A stretch of 64,000 nucleotides of DNA from Ylistrum balloti (lineage: Eukaryota). The notes beneath the pieces are model-generated. The model saw nothing but the letters and a program-made list of their open reading frames with translations, did no database searches and had not been told where the DNA came from. This document shows positions 47,956 to 60,348 of the stretch, piece after piece. The translations under genes and the position numbers were made by a program. The stretch's first letter is position 1. Each line of letters opens with the position of its first letter. The stretch covers positions 186,001-250,000 of the forward strand of contig NW_026782650.1 in the NCBI RefSeq assembly GCF_031769215.1, written 5' to 3'.

Positions 47956-50900
47956 CTAGGTGTATACTACTGGAGGCCCAAGAAGGGGTTCTCTGTCACT
48001 GTTGATATTACTCTCTGTTGCTGGCATCGAATATGAGGTGTGACAATCCACGACCTCTTTTTCACGGTCATTCCTCATGATTGGATTGGATCGACTCTTC
48101 AACATTGACTGTGAAATACAAAGTTGACAACAACATTACATAACAATTATACAAACAGAACTCTCTACAGAGATTTTTCTGTCATACTAATTCTTATCAT
48201 TCATTGTTTCCATATTTTAGATATAATGTTTTCAGAAAAAGGCTTGTTGATTAATTGATAATAGTTTAAACACAATCAAATTTGAGAACATTCATTTATT
48301 TTAACACTTTACTAATCAAGGATTTTGCTACAATCCATAAGAAATAACCAACATATAGATGTTTTTACAGTGAAACAGATAAAATTGGAAGAAAATAGGA
48401 AACTACTAAAACATAGCAAAAAGGTAGTGAAAAAACAGAATCAAACAGAATCATACCTGTAGGGGAACAAAGACTAACAGCTAAAACTGTCATTAAGTCC
48501 AACACTGACTGTTGACAGTATTACATAGTCAAAAATAGAAATGTAAGGACTGAAATGTCCCTCTGTATGTGCAAATATGTACAGGTAGAGATTTAGTAGA
48601 AAATTCACACAGAATAGGGTCAAGTTGAGAATGGGTGTATATATTCTAATAGGAACTTCTAGCAGGCTGCATACAGAAATGGATGTTAAGGTCTTTCCTA
48701 TGAGTTAAATGAGCTGGATCTTAAAGTATGCCAGGTTAGTACAGTATATTAGGAGCAAACAGGCAACACATTCAGTTCCAACTTCACTACAGATTTTTTT
48801 ATAATTTGGAACTCACAAGGTCTAAAGAATCCATTAATCCCTGAGGGTCAGTGGTGACCCCGGAGTCAGCCCCCTGGTTCTCCATGGAGACCTGGCGACT
48901 ATGCAGGATCTGTGTAAAGGGAAGTGCATATAACTGGGAAGGAAGGCAAACCTAATGACCTTGACAACAGGATTAAATAAAAACTATACACAGCCAACCT
49001 AACCAGATAAGTTAAACGGAGGAGGACACTGTGTCCTGCTCCCCATCACTGAATATAGAATGGAATGGTTTGAGGAGTAACTAGAAATATTGCCATCAAA
49101 ATAAAAAAAAAAGAAATAAAAAACCACAATATACAGTCATCATAATTACAAACCAATATCAAGTGCGTAAGATCAAACAACACAAAAGATAGAGAAAAAC
49201 AAAAGATAAATCAACAAAACTGAATTTTTATGAAGTTTTGTACACAGGGCCAAAATTAGAAAATTGCTTTAAACAAAATATTGTGGCAAAGCTAATGTAA
49301 ATACTGCATGCTTTTGAAGTAAACATGAAGAAGTTCTCAAATCTTGACATAGGTGAACATTTTTTATTCACTTAATTCACATTTCATCAACAACTTCATG
49401 AATTATTAATCATCCAGTTAAAACGAAAACAAATCTTTTTTCTTTATTTTCTGACATTTTATCAGTAAAATAAAGAAATTTCCAGAGCACACACCACCTA
49501 CCCTTTGATCTCGCCTAGCTTTCTGTGCCCTTGCTACCTGTATCCGTTTATGTATGTCTACATAAACATCTGTTTCATCAATTATCTCCTCTTGAATGAG
49601 CTCTTCAATCACATCCTCTAAAGTTATTATACCTACAACCTACAAAATGGAGAGTAGATCAGTCAGTGCTTGACAACTACATCAAAAGATTCTTTGGAAA
49701 AATAAATCAATTAATTCAGTGCATCTAATCTAATCAGTTTCTTCCAAACTGTAAGTCACCCCACTTTCATTTACATGGTCACATATAACATCTGTTCAAT
49801 GACATTTTCATCTTTTTCAAAATTATTGTACTACTTCAAAGGTCTGAATTTAGCCCAAAGACATTCTTGGGGGATGTTTAGTTCTTAAGTTCATGACTAA
49901 CTTTCTCTGAGTATGAACATAAATTCTCTACCTAGTAAGATATCTAGTAAAAGGTACATTATGTACATTATATGTCATTAACATGTGTGCACCATCAATA
50001 TTAGCAACTGGGTGCCCACACTAGAAAATCTAAACTTAACAATAATAATTGTTATGTTTTCTATTCTTGAACCTTTAGCTGAATAATGTTCCTTTATTAA
50101 ACTTGTCTAATTTGAAATGATGAGTGAACAAAAGATATAGAGCTAATACTAGATAAACACAGGGATTATTGGAAAATATCCATAAGGGAGATAACTCGAG
50201 ACACTTACTGGTCCAGAGGACTGAGCGCTAGCACTAACACAATCCTCATCAGCTGTGGTGACCAGTAAATGGACATCATCTGCCTGGTCATCATGCCTCT
50301 CCCTGGAAGAACTTTTCTGTACAAAAGCTATATGACCTGGAAAATATACATATAACGTGACTAAACATATTCAGTATTCTGATCAATTTATGTAAACCTA
50401 CAGTGGATATTTTATTTTAGTGCTTTCAGTGATATAAGTATTACGCTAAAATATGATTGCACAAATAGCAATTTCTTTATATTGCTTGTAGATCAATTAC
50501 TATGGATGAACGTAGTCATCATTATGCTGTTTTCTTCGGAAAAAGTTAATACTTATTTCCCATAATTTGGATTGGGCCAAACTAAGCATTAAGACAGCAC
50601 ATTGTACTTGATTCTGTAGCAGAGAGAAAAGGTTAAAATCATCTTCATCCTTTAGATATGTATTATTGTTATACAAGTGCACATACCACTCATTAGATTT
50701 AACTTGATTTACTGTATATGACCAGGACCTTCACTCCCTTTAGATTTAATTACAGTACTTATTTGTCAAAAGACACTTACTTTTGCCAGTCTGGAATATA
50801 TTGAGGAGGTCAAATAGAGGCATGTCTTCATCAACAAACATGACTGTCTTTACTGCCTGACTATGTAGTAGAGTACGGATGGGTGTAGCATCCTCAGGGT

Positions 50901-53900
50901 CAAGTAATATCAAAGATTTCACCAGTATTACTCCTATAATGTTAGTGTATGGACCATCATAGATAGGGATCCGTGAGTGAGCTTTTTCCATGACCTATTA
51001 TAAAGTTAATCCACCATTATTTTTTTAATTTACGACATTTATCAGATTAACAAAATCATACAAAACAGTTTAGTTGATTTTGATTAAATATTCAGAGGTC
51101 ACCATTTTAAAATTACACTTGTAAAATAAATCAGAACATTATATGTGTGACCAGTGTTTACCAAAGGCATATTTGAAATATTTTTAACCACAGAAATATT
51201 ACAATGGTTAAGTACTACCAATCAGGTTATATAAGTCCACAGACAAATCCTTTCTCCACAGATATTTTGGAGTTAAAAAGAGACTTGGTGAGATACTGAG
51301 GGACAACATATATGAAATGATGTTAAAAATAGAAAATTACAAAACCAAATGATATATTTCACAAAATGCAAAACGTTTTGAAGATGTTAGCCATTTTAAG
51401 ATTATCTCATAAACAATATTGAAATTAAGATAATAACATTCTTTTTATGAAACATGTCTCAATTTCTAATGCCATACCATGTAAGAATCTATATCTTACT
51501 TTATCATTAAGTATCAACAAGGGTTAAGTCTCCTTACTCACCATCAACATGGTGGCCTTGTCCATCCTGTCTGTGATGCTCAGCATGAACACATCGTCCA
51601 GAGGTAACATGGCAACCTTGACAGTCTTGGTCTTCATGTCCAGGGCACCCTGTGAGGAATACAATACGTGACAGAGGTTTAAATATGTGATATAAATCTA
51701 CTACTCTCTGTGAAATTGTCCTTAACTGAAGCATCCTCCACAGACTCATAACATGATTATTGCTAACATAAATTACAGGTAACATAATTATCTAAGATGA
51801 TAATTGCAGTAATTAATTACAGATCTCCAAATTAAAATTTCTCTATTGCATCTTTGAGTTACTGTTTCCATGTCTAAAATGATGAAATACAGTAGTGTCT
51901 GTATTCAGAAATTGCATGAAGTGTGATCTGCAGGAAAATACTGCCAAGATCAAACGCTGGTCTTATGTGACCTTGACAAATTTATTTACCTGTATGATAA
52001 GAACTTCATCAATGCTAAGGTGCTCTCCTTGATGCTCGTCAGAGGAGTCATCAGGAGGCAGGCTGGAGCCATTGGGACCATGGAGGTTGACCAGGACCTT
52101 CAACTGGGCACGCCTGTAGAAAGTGGTATGATCCTTCCCCAACAGACAGTCCAAGATCTTGGACAAGGGCCAAGCAATGATGTAGAATATAGCCATCAGA
52201 AAGTACACCAACCTGCAGTCAGACAGCAGAGAAATATACCATACTAGAATTTATAGGAAAAAAAGTCAATCCTGCCAATCTGATAAGAAAGTAGCAGGCC
52301 CTTTCAGTTGAGTGACATAAGCCTTATGTAGGTAACAATTTTTGCAAAAATTTTGTCTAAGGTACATTTATATAGGTTTCTCTATGGTTCATTTAGTTTG
52401 ATATATTGCATAATAACATTATTGCATAACTACAACCATTTGTTCATTGAAGTGTTAATTAAATAATGCAATGTAGAATATACACTAAATGAAGGACATT
52501 GTAAAGCGATTAAAATGTTATGAAATTAAGATATTGAACTGTTATGAAATTACACCAATGACAGATTACTGACAGGGTCTGACATGAAACATGATTACAT
52601 GTACTGAATGTTCAAATTGTATTCACAGATTCATCTCACAATCTACATAAAAAAAATTACTTTAAAAACTTAAGTATACCAGTTTGAAGGAATTTGAAAA
52701 TTTTGTTCGATATATACATACGGTGATAAAGTTGCTCCAATTGCTAACCCAAATCTTGTACATATTGCCTGTGGGATTACTCTGAAAGGAAACAACTATA
52801 CCAAATTATCATCTATTACAACACAATCAGGAAAAAGTTTAGATGTCCAAGTACTTACACAATGACTCTTTTTCTCATTTTTCATGACAACAAAAACATT
52901 AAGAAGCTCAACTGACTCAAACTTTTTTTCGTTATCGGACTCAGTGTTTTACAATACATATATATTGAGAATAACTTACTCCCCAAATATGAGTACAGCA
53001 GTAACAGAGACAACAATGGCAGTGACTGGGTCTGAAATCTTGTCAAGAAAGATAGGCATTGACTCAACTGCAGCAGCATTAGCTAAAAGCAGAGTAACGA
53101 GAAGGAGATGATGACGCGACACCATAGGTAAAATTTTCTTTGCATGTTTTCTCTCCTTGGGAGTCCCTCCATCTTTCATCACTTTTAAACTCATCAAATC
53201 AAGTGACAGAAGTCCCATAGTCAGGCCAGACATCATTCCTACAATCAAAACAATTGTGTTCTTATATCGCTGGCTAGACAATGCAAGTGCATGAGTGACC
53301 AGAAAGATATCACAGTTATGTAATTGCTAAAGGCTTGTTTGTGTATGAATGTGAAATCGTGGATGTTGTCAGACTGATTTGTCATTACTAGAAGTATACA
53401 TGTAGATGCCCCGGTACAGTGATCACTAATAATGTGATGACATTCTCACTGACTGTCATGATGAATGTACTCAAGCATGAGTTTCAGATTAATTTCTCGT
53501 CGAACATTGGTTCCATACATACTGGCTGCAAGGGATCATATGTCAGCTAGGTTAGATTCCAGACTTCCCTACAATGGCACAATAGGTCCCTTAGTGTTGT
53601 ATGTACTTATACATTGTGGCTGCAATGATGTTGATACTAATATATATACCTGGTCTCTTCCTTTGTAATGTTGTTATAGACAAAGCCTACAACATTACAC
53701 CTACAAAAACAACTGTAACTTAAAAAGTTAAATGATGTACATTGTATATGGTATTCAATATAAAAAATGGCTTGTTGCCTCGAAAGTATATTGTGCTATG
53801 GTTAAAACAAATTACAATATTTGTCATTTCCCCAAACTACTGTGTGTTTCTGATGTTGTATATAATAGTATTTTCCTTGTACATGCCCCTGGTTGCATTT

Positions 53901-54248
53901 TTATATTTTAATCAATTTACATAATGTCCAATTGTACATGTAATATCCTCTTCCATTTACACCAATCCTAATTTGATTAATGTCATAACAAGGTACTCGA
54001 CTGGCGATAATTTAAAGTATAGATGCAATAAAACTGTCTATAACTAGGGTTGTCTTCATCAGCATTCTGCATGACAGCTGATAGATGATATTGCTAGACG
54101 TACCGGCCATAAGCACGAGACCGACATAAATGCCAAGATATATCCAGAACCATTCGTCGTTATAGGTCAGTCTTTCCTCGGCTTTGTAATCCGTTCCATT
54201 GCATCGCACGATGTCCTTGTCGACGACATCGCAAATGATTGATGCCAT
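47956..54248 (-). CDS. DUF21/CNNM transmembrane domain plus CBS-pair metal (Mg2+) transporter, short plant/fungal (Mam3/At4g14240-like) architecture, ~506 aa
   Basis: Exons (minus): 54248 (or 54278)-54104, 53238-52980, 52781-52722, 52212-51990, 51649-51542, 50994-50781, 50336-50209, 49639-49502, 48909-48817, 48108-47956. All in phase. Motifs [77 protein letters not shown] and [26 protein letters not shown]. Confidence 0.92.
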
Positions 54249-57248
54249 TTTATCGATAAATAATCGGGCTATAGGCATAGATCCATGACAGTTCCGTCTT
54301 GTTTACTGAGTCGTACCATTTTATTACCTCATGAAACAAAAGAGCTTCAACGGTGACTAACTTCTTGTACTTGTATATACCATGTATATACATTAGACGT
54401 TAGGTTTACAACTTCACGTGTGCCGTCGTTTGGGTATGGAAGTGTAATCGAAGGCGTTATTTAGATAGTTGAATTTAATGACATATTTTAGCATGTATCG
54501 TATATAGATTACTGGAGATGTTGCTATGTATATCTACTTTCGTATTGCATATACAATACATTGTTGACATGAAGGTACACGTATGGACTCGAAGCTGGGG
54601 AGCTCGAAAGTCAACTAAATTTAGATTTGAGTATCTCAGGTCTCAGTCTGAATATATATGACACGGCGTTAAGTTAGCTCTTATTGGTTGAAGGGCCTAA
54701 TTAGCTAACTAAGAGCTTCCGCTAAGGGCAGAACGATTTACTCCCTAACACCCAAAGCTACTTTCATACCCTTGTGAAATTACAGCTCCCGACGTTGTTT
54801 TGGAAGGGGTATAACCCTTACTCACGATAACAGATATAGGAGTAGTATCTGGGTGATTCGGGAAGTTTGCGAATGTTTTGAAGAAGGTTTTGGATGTCAA
54901 GTTTAGGGTAGTTTGTGGTATTTTGGATGCTTTTAGGCAAATCGTTATGCCGTCCGTGCACGTGGCACTGCGTCAGTACACGTAGCCCCTCCGATGATAA
55001 AAAAATCCCTTAAATAGCTTCTCAATTCAACAACGTGAAGGTTTACGAAAAGAAATGGTCGAATACAATACATACATGTACATCGACGCATGCGTGATAT
55101 CACAAAAGGAATTTCAAACACTGAAATTATTCACAGAACTTAACAAAAAAAACAACAACAAAACAACTATATGCAAATATCAACAGTGAGGAAGATTAGA
55201 AAAAAGTTTCAAGATGACATTGATAACACTGACCAGCTACAGAGCTAGTCACATAATAAATGGCAACTCATTTACAAAAATAAAAAAATAAAAAGTCGAG
55301 AAATTCTTGGAGTAATAGAACTTTTGAACCTCTGAACAAAACTCACTTGTGCACATGTACAAAATCATATTTACAATTGGGAATAATCTAGAAACCAGCA
55401 TGCAGTTACTACCAAAACAAAGGTAGCATGACCAAAGAGAATCAAAACTAAAAAGAAAGGCTATCTCATTTAGGTTTACTCTCCGCCGCCGTCAAAGAAC
55501 TGGCATAAAAAGTAAACAGGATACTCAATTGGATAGGCAATTGTAATAGCAACACCTTATTTACAATGAGTAGCAGAACATTTAGAGGACACAACGAAAA
55601 TATTGTTAAGAAATCTCAAAGAACAAATGTGCGGACGTTTAGCTCCCCTTAAAAGACAGGTAGACAAATGGAATTATCTTTCGAAGAAGTCTCCTTAGAA
55701 AGTGTAAAACTAATTTCAAATCCAGACCTTAAGCTAAACATCCACAGGAGAGACCACCTACCATCTCAGTGTTCTGGAACCTGGAATGAAAAATATCAGT
55801 AATTGGCCATAGAGACAGACGAAGTCCATTTAAAACAGATCTCGATAAACACATCAGAGGCTGATCCATAATCAAGGTCACTAGAGCCAAATCAACTAAA
55901 ACGCTTAAACGTGACGTTGACCTTACTTTGACATTATATTCAAAGCTATGGGGATAAAAGTCGCTAAAATGTTCAAACGAATTCAAACGATTAGATGTCT
56001 GAAATGCATAGATTCACGACATTTCACCTATAGGTTTTTGGGATAAAGCCGGACAAAGTTTACAAAAAGAAATAACATTGACACGATATTCAAGGTATCA
56101 GGAGTCAAACTTATTAAAATGCTCATATGGCTTATTCTGGTGAACGGAGTCGCATTTAATCATGGCACTTGGCTGGTACTTTTCTAAGATATGAGGACAA
56201 ATATTGCCAAAGGTATTTAAAATACTGAAATAGCTTCATATGCTAGATAAATTGTATTGACTGGTCAAAGTCGTAGCTGAGCCTGTATTTAGGTTCGGTG
56301 TGTGTGTTAGCAGACGGAGGCAAATGTACATCTAACTAGACTAATCGGTCCATTTGGCTCAATTACTCAAGGGCATGGATAATGCTTCTAGAGTCATGAT
56401 TAAAATCACAGCGAAATCGGCCTCGCTTTAAAGGGAAATAACTCGTCTAGCCTTCAAGACTAGATTGACTATAGGTGTTGAATTCATACAATTTCAACAA
56501 AAGTGTCATTAGTACGATGTCTTAGACTGCGTTTTAGAAAAGATAATTTGAATAAACAAATATTCGTTGTACTTTGAAGTCATCTCGAGACATTTGATTT
56601 TTGTTGAATGCCAAACCTACGATGTACTTGTACGAATACATAATTCTTCACGCCGATTTGTGTACCAGACTGCGGTTGTCATAAGAAATTATTTTCTTGT
56701 TTCATATCCAGACGGCCATTTCCTGTTAATTCCACGAAGATATTGAAAAGTGAATTTATAGCTGAGCAGCGCTTCAGACAGAGGACTACGAACGAAACCA
56801 TTACTTAACAGCACCGAATTTCCAATTTATATATACTGCCACCTTACCGCTTCTGGCATACAACAATCCCAATTTTTGGTAGACTATAATTTTCTTCATA
56901 TGATCTATCCAAATCACTATGAAACAGACAGAGGATATAAAAAAATCGATGTTCAAGATATTTTTTGTTCTTATACTGATCTAACAAGTTCCAGCTTCGA
57001 AGCGAAAATTGACCTGGTACGAACCTCATAAAAGTTTGTCTGGCAAACATCATTGAAATTCGATCAGTAGGTCACCGACTAAACCCTATTGCAACATTCA
57101 AAAGTAATTGTTGAACGGAGACCAAACTCGGAGTCAGCAGGAGTAAATATACTTCTCACCGTTAGCATGTCTTGTTTGATTATTGATATCGAGATATTGC
57201 ATTCCATAATATGAAAAACGAAGCTACATTCAACACAGCATAAACCTC

Positions 57249-57976
57249 CTGAATCACACTCACTACCATAAAGACTAACCGTCTGAATCACACTCACTAC
57301 CATACAGACTACCCCCTCTGAATCACACTCACTACCATACAGACTACCCTCTCTTAATCACACTCACTACCATACAGACTACCCCCTCTGAATCACACTC
57401 ACTATCATACAGACTACCCCCTCTGAATCACACTCACTACCATACAGACTACCCCCTCTGAATCACACTCACTACCATACAGAATACCCCCTCTGAATCA
57501 CACTCACTACCATACAGACTACCCCCTCTGAATCACACTCACTATCATACAGACTACCCCCTCTGAATCACACTCACTACCATACAGACTACCCCCTCTG
57601 AATCACACTCACTACCAAACAGACTACCCTCTGAATCACACTCACTACCAAACAGACTGCCCTCTGAATCACACTCACTACCATAGAGACTACCCTCTGA
57701 ATCACACTCACTACCACACAGACTACCCCCTCTGAATTACACTCACTACCAAACAGACTAACCCTCTGAATCACACTCACTACCATACAGACTAACCCCC
57801 TCTGAATCACACTCACTACCACACAGACTAACCCCCTCTGAATCACACTCACTACCATACAGACTAACCCCCTCTGAATCACACTCACTACCATACAGAC
57901 TACCCTCTGAATCACACTCACTACCATACAGACTACCCCCTCTGAATCACACTCACTACCAAACAGACTAACCCTC
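57249..57976. repeat. 35-bp minisatellite (ctgaatcacactcactaccatacagactaccccct), ~21 copies
   Basis: 34-36-bp units that differ mainly in C-run length. Confidence 0.95.
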
Positions 57977-58334
57977 CTGTATCATATTCGGTATTTTACA
58001 GTACCCCAAATGCCCGGATCGTAAGATCTGTTTCTGTGCTGTCTGTTTATCCGTGGTCAGTTTTAACCTTGTCCATAACTAGTACACAGTAAGAGCTTTC
58101 ATATTTGGCAAGGGTGTTCCTTGTGACAAGACCTTACTGGTGGTAAAAGTTTTGACCATACGATTTTAATTTTGCTGCAACCGGTGGCATAGAGTTTCTT
58201 TAGCACATGTTGTTCCTAATCTAACGATACCAAATGACGGAGTCATCATCTCACTGTGGTATCAGACTTAATTTATTGATTTTGTTACTATCTGCGATAA
58301 AACTCTTCTATAACTTGTAAAAGTGCACACATGT

Positions 58335-58570
58335 TAAGTTACACAGTGTACCTTTACCCTGTACCTGGTACTCATATACCTGTACTTAATTTTACACGAG
58401 GTACACACACCTGTTCCCCTACACTGTATAATTACACACATGTGCCCTACACTCTACCAGGTACACAAATTTACTTTTTCACTTTTTATAAGGTACACGC
58501 TTTATTTGTACTATACCAGGTCACACTGCGCCTTACAATGTACCTAGTACACTACAAGGTACACGCATTC
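58335..58570. repeat. Degenerate low-complexity repeat rich in ggtacac/taca
   Basis: Recurrent ggtacac and ctacac motifs without a clean period. Confidence 0.5.
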
Positions 58571-59562
58571 TTACATTGAAGAGTTCATGACCATAAATCA
58601 AATTTGAAGAACTTTTTATGCCACGAGGAGATATGATATTCTGGCACCTGTCTCTCATAGATAATTAAAATAAAGACTCGTAATTTTTTAGATATCAACA
58701 TTTTTTAAAATAAGTTTTGACATTTAGACGAGAAGTTGCTATCTACAATCATTTCCGGTAATATCTCCGGAAAGTTGGAGATATAAAAAATGTACTGATG
58801 ACATTGGTCGGGATATTTATAAATACACGTACGTTTTAAAATTTTAAGCTTGTTGCCATGGCGATAGGTCTAATTTTGTTATTGATACAATCAAGATGGT
58901 GATTCAGAAAATTGAAGAGCACGTAATTAGTATGAGGCATACATCACAGGCTAGGGGTAAGACACTCGTCACGCACGACTAACACCAAGACAGCTATCAG
59001 GTTCATGTCCAGCATTGAGAAATAACATCCGATATGGACAGACTCGCCTCAATTAATATCATTCGTTGCTTTTTTATTTACCTTTTTTCTATAAATACAT
59101 AATAATTTTGAAAATTGTGGAATTTTCTCATTCCATCAAGAAATTGAGCCACTATAGACTTCACCTGCCACCTGTTGCTTTAAGCCTAATTACTTTTATA
59201 ATAACCATAACGCACACGTGTTTCAATGTACTTAACGACTTTGAAATAAAATCATTATGAAATAGCGAGTTAAGCTCTAACAATATACTATTGGCGGCAA
59301 TCGTCTGAGTGTTTCACCCTTCCCTCGGACCTAAAATACCCGAAATTTCACCACGCGGGTTCCTCCAGTCAAATTTCCTGCAGTAAGATATATCCATGTT
59401 AGATATTCATTTAATTCACAAAATAATTTATTGCAATTGTGTTAAAAATTATTATGTGAAAAATTGCACTGATGAAACACAAATTAATCATAAACGCTAG
59501 CTGAAATCACTTTTAATAAAGTAGACTATTCTACAACGGAAGGAAAAGTAGATTATGGATGT

Positions 59563-60348
59563 TACAGACGACGCATGCTTCAGAAGTACAAGTAGACTAG
59601 GACTGCTTCAGAGGACACTTCAGAAAAGTAAAACTCGACTATAGAGAATGCTTACTTCAGAAAAGTAAGTCTCGACTATGGCCGCTATAGAGAATGCCTA
59701 CTTCAGAAAAGCAAGTATCGACTATGGCCGCTATAGAGAATGTTTACTTAAGAAATGGAAGTCTCGATTATGGTCGCTATAGAGGACGTTTATTTCAGAA
59801 AAGTAAATCTCTATCATGACCGCTATAGAGAATGCTTACTTCAGAAAAGTAAGTCCCGACTATGACAGCTACAGAGCTCGCTTATTTCAGAAAAGTTAAT
59901 CCCGACTATGACAGCTACAGAGCTCGCTTATTTCAGAAAAGTTAATCCCGACTATGACAGCTATAGAAAATGCTGATTTCGGAAAAACTTAGTCTCGATT
60001 ATGATCGCTTCAGTGGACGCTTAATTCAAGAACATTAGTATCGACTATGACCGCTATAGAGGATACTTTTTTCAGAAGTACGAGTAGACTAGGACCGTTT
60101 CAGTGGACGCTCACTTCAGAAAAGTATAATCAACTATGACCGTTACAACGGACACGTGCTTCAGGAAAGTTAGTCCTAACTATGACCGTGTTACAGAGGA
60201 CGCTTATTTCAGAAAATTATGGCTCTACTATGACCGCTATAGAGAATGCTTACTTCAGAAAAGTAAGTCTCGACTATCGCCGCTTCAGAAGACACTTCAG
60301 AAAAGTAAGTTTCGACTATTACCGCTACAGAGGTCGCTTACTTCAAAT
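59563..60348. repeat. 46-bp hairpin-forming minisatellite, ~17 diverged copies
   Basis: Consensus gaccgctatagagaatgcttacttcagaaaagtaagtctcgactat. Internal inverted repeat cttactt-cagaa-aagtaag (e.g. 59651-59669). Confidence 0.9.

Noticed and set aside
55400-57240. Possible decayed transposase or coding sequence
   Set aside because: Composition looks fossil-coding, but I could not recognise any motif with confidence.
57589-57927. 112-aa ORF of VVSVIQR repeats
   Set aside because: Translation of the 35-bp VNTR. No splice or start context.
59563-60348. CRISPR array
   Set aside because: Eukaryotic context, no unique spacers, no cas genes. The whole unit repeats. The same applies to the 45-bp and 40-bp arrays.
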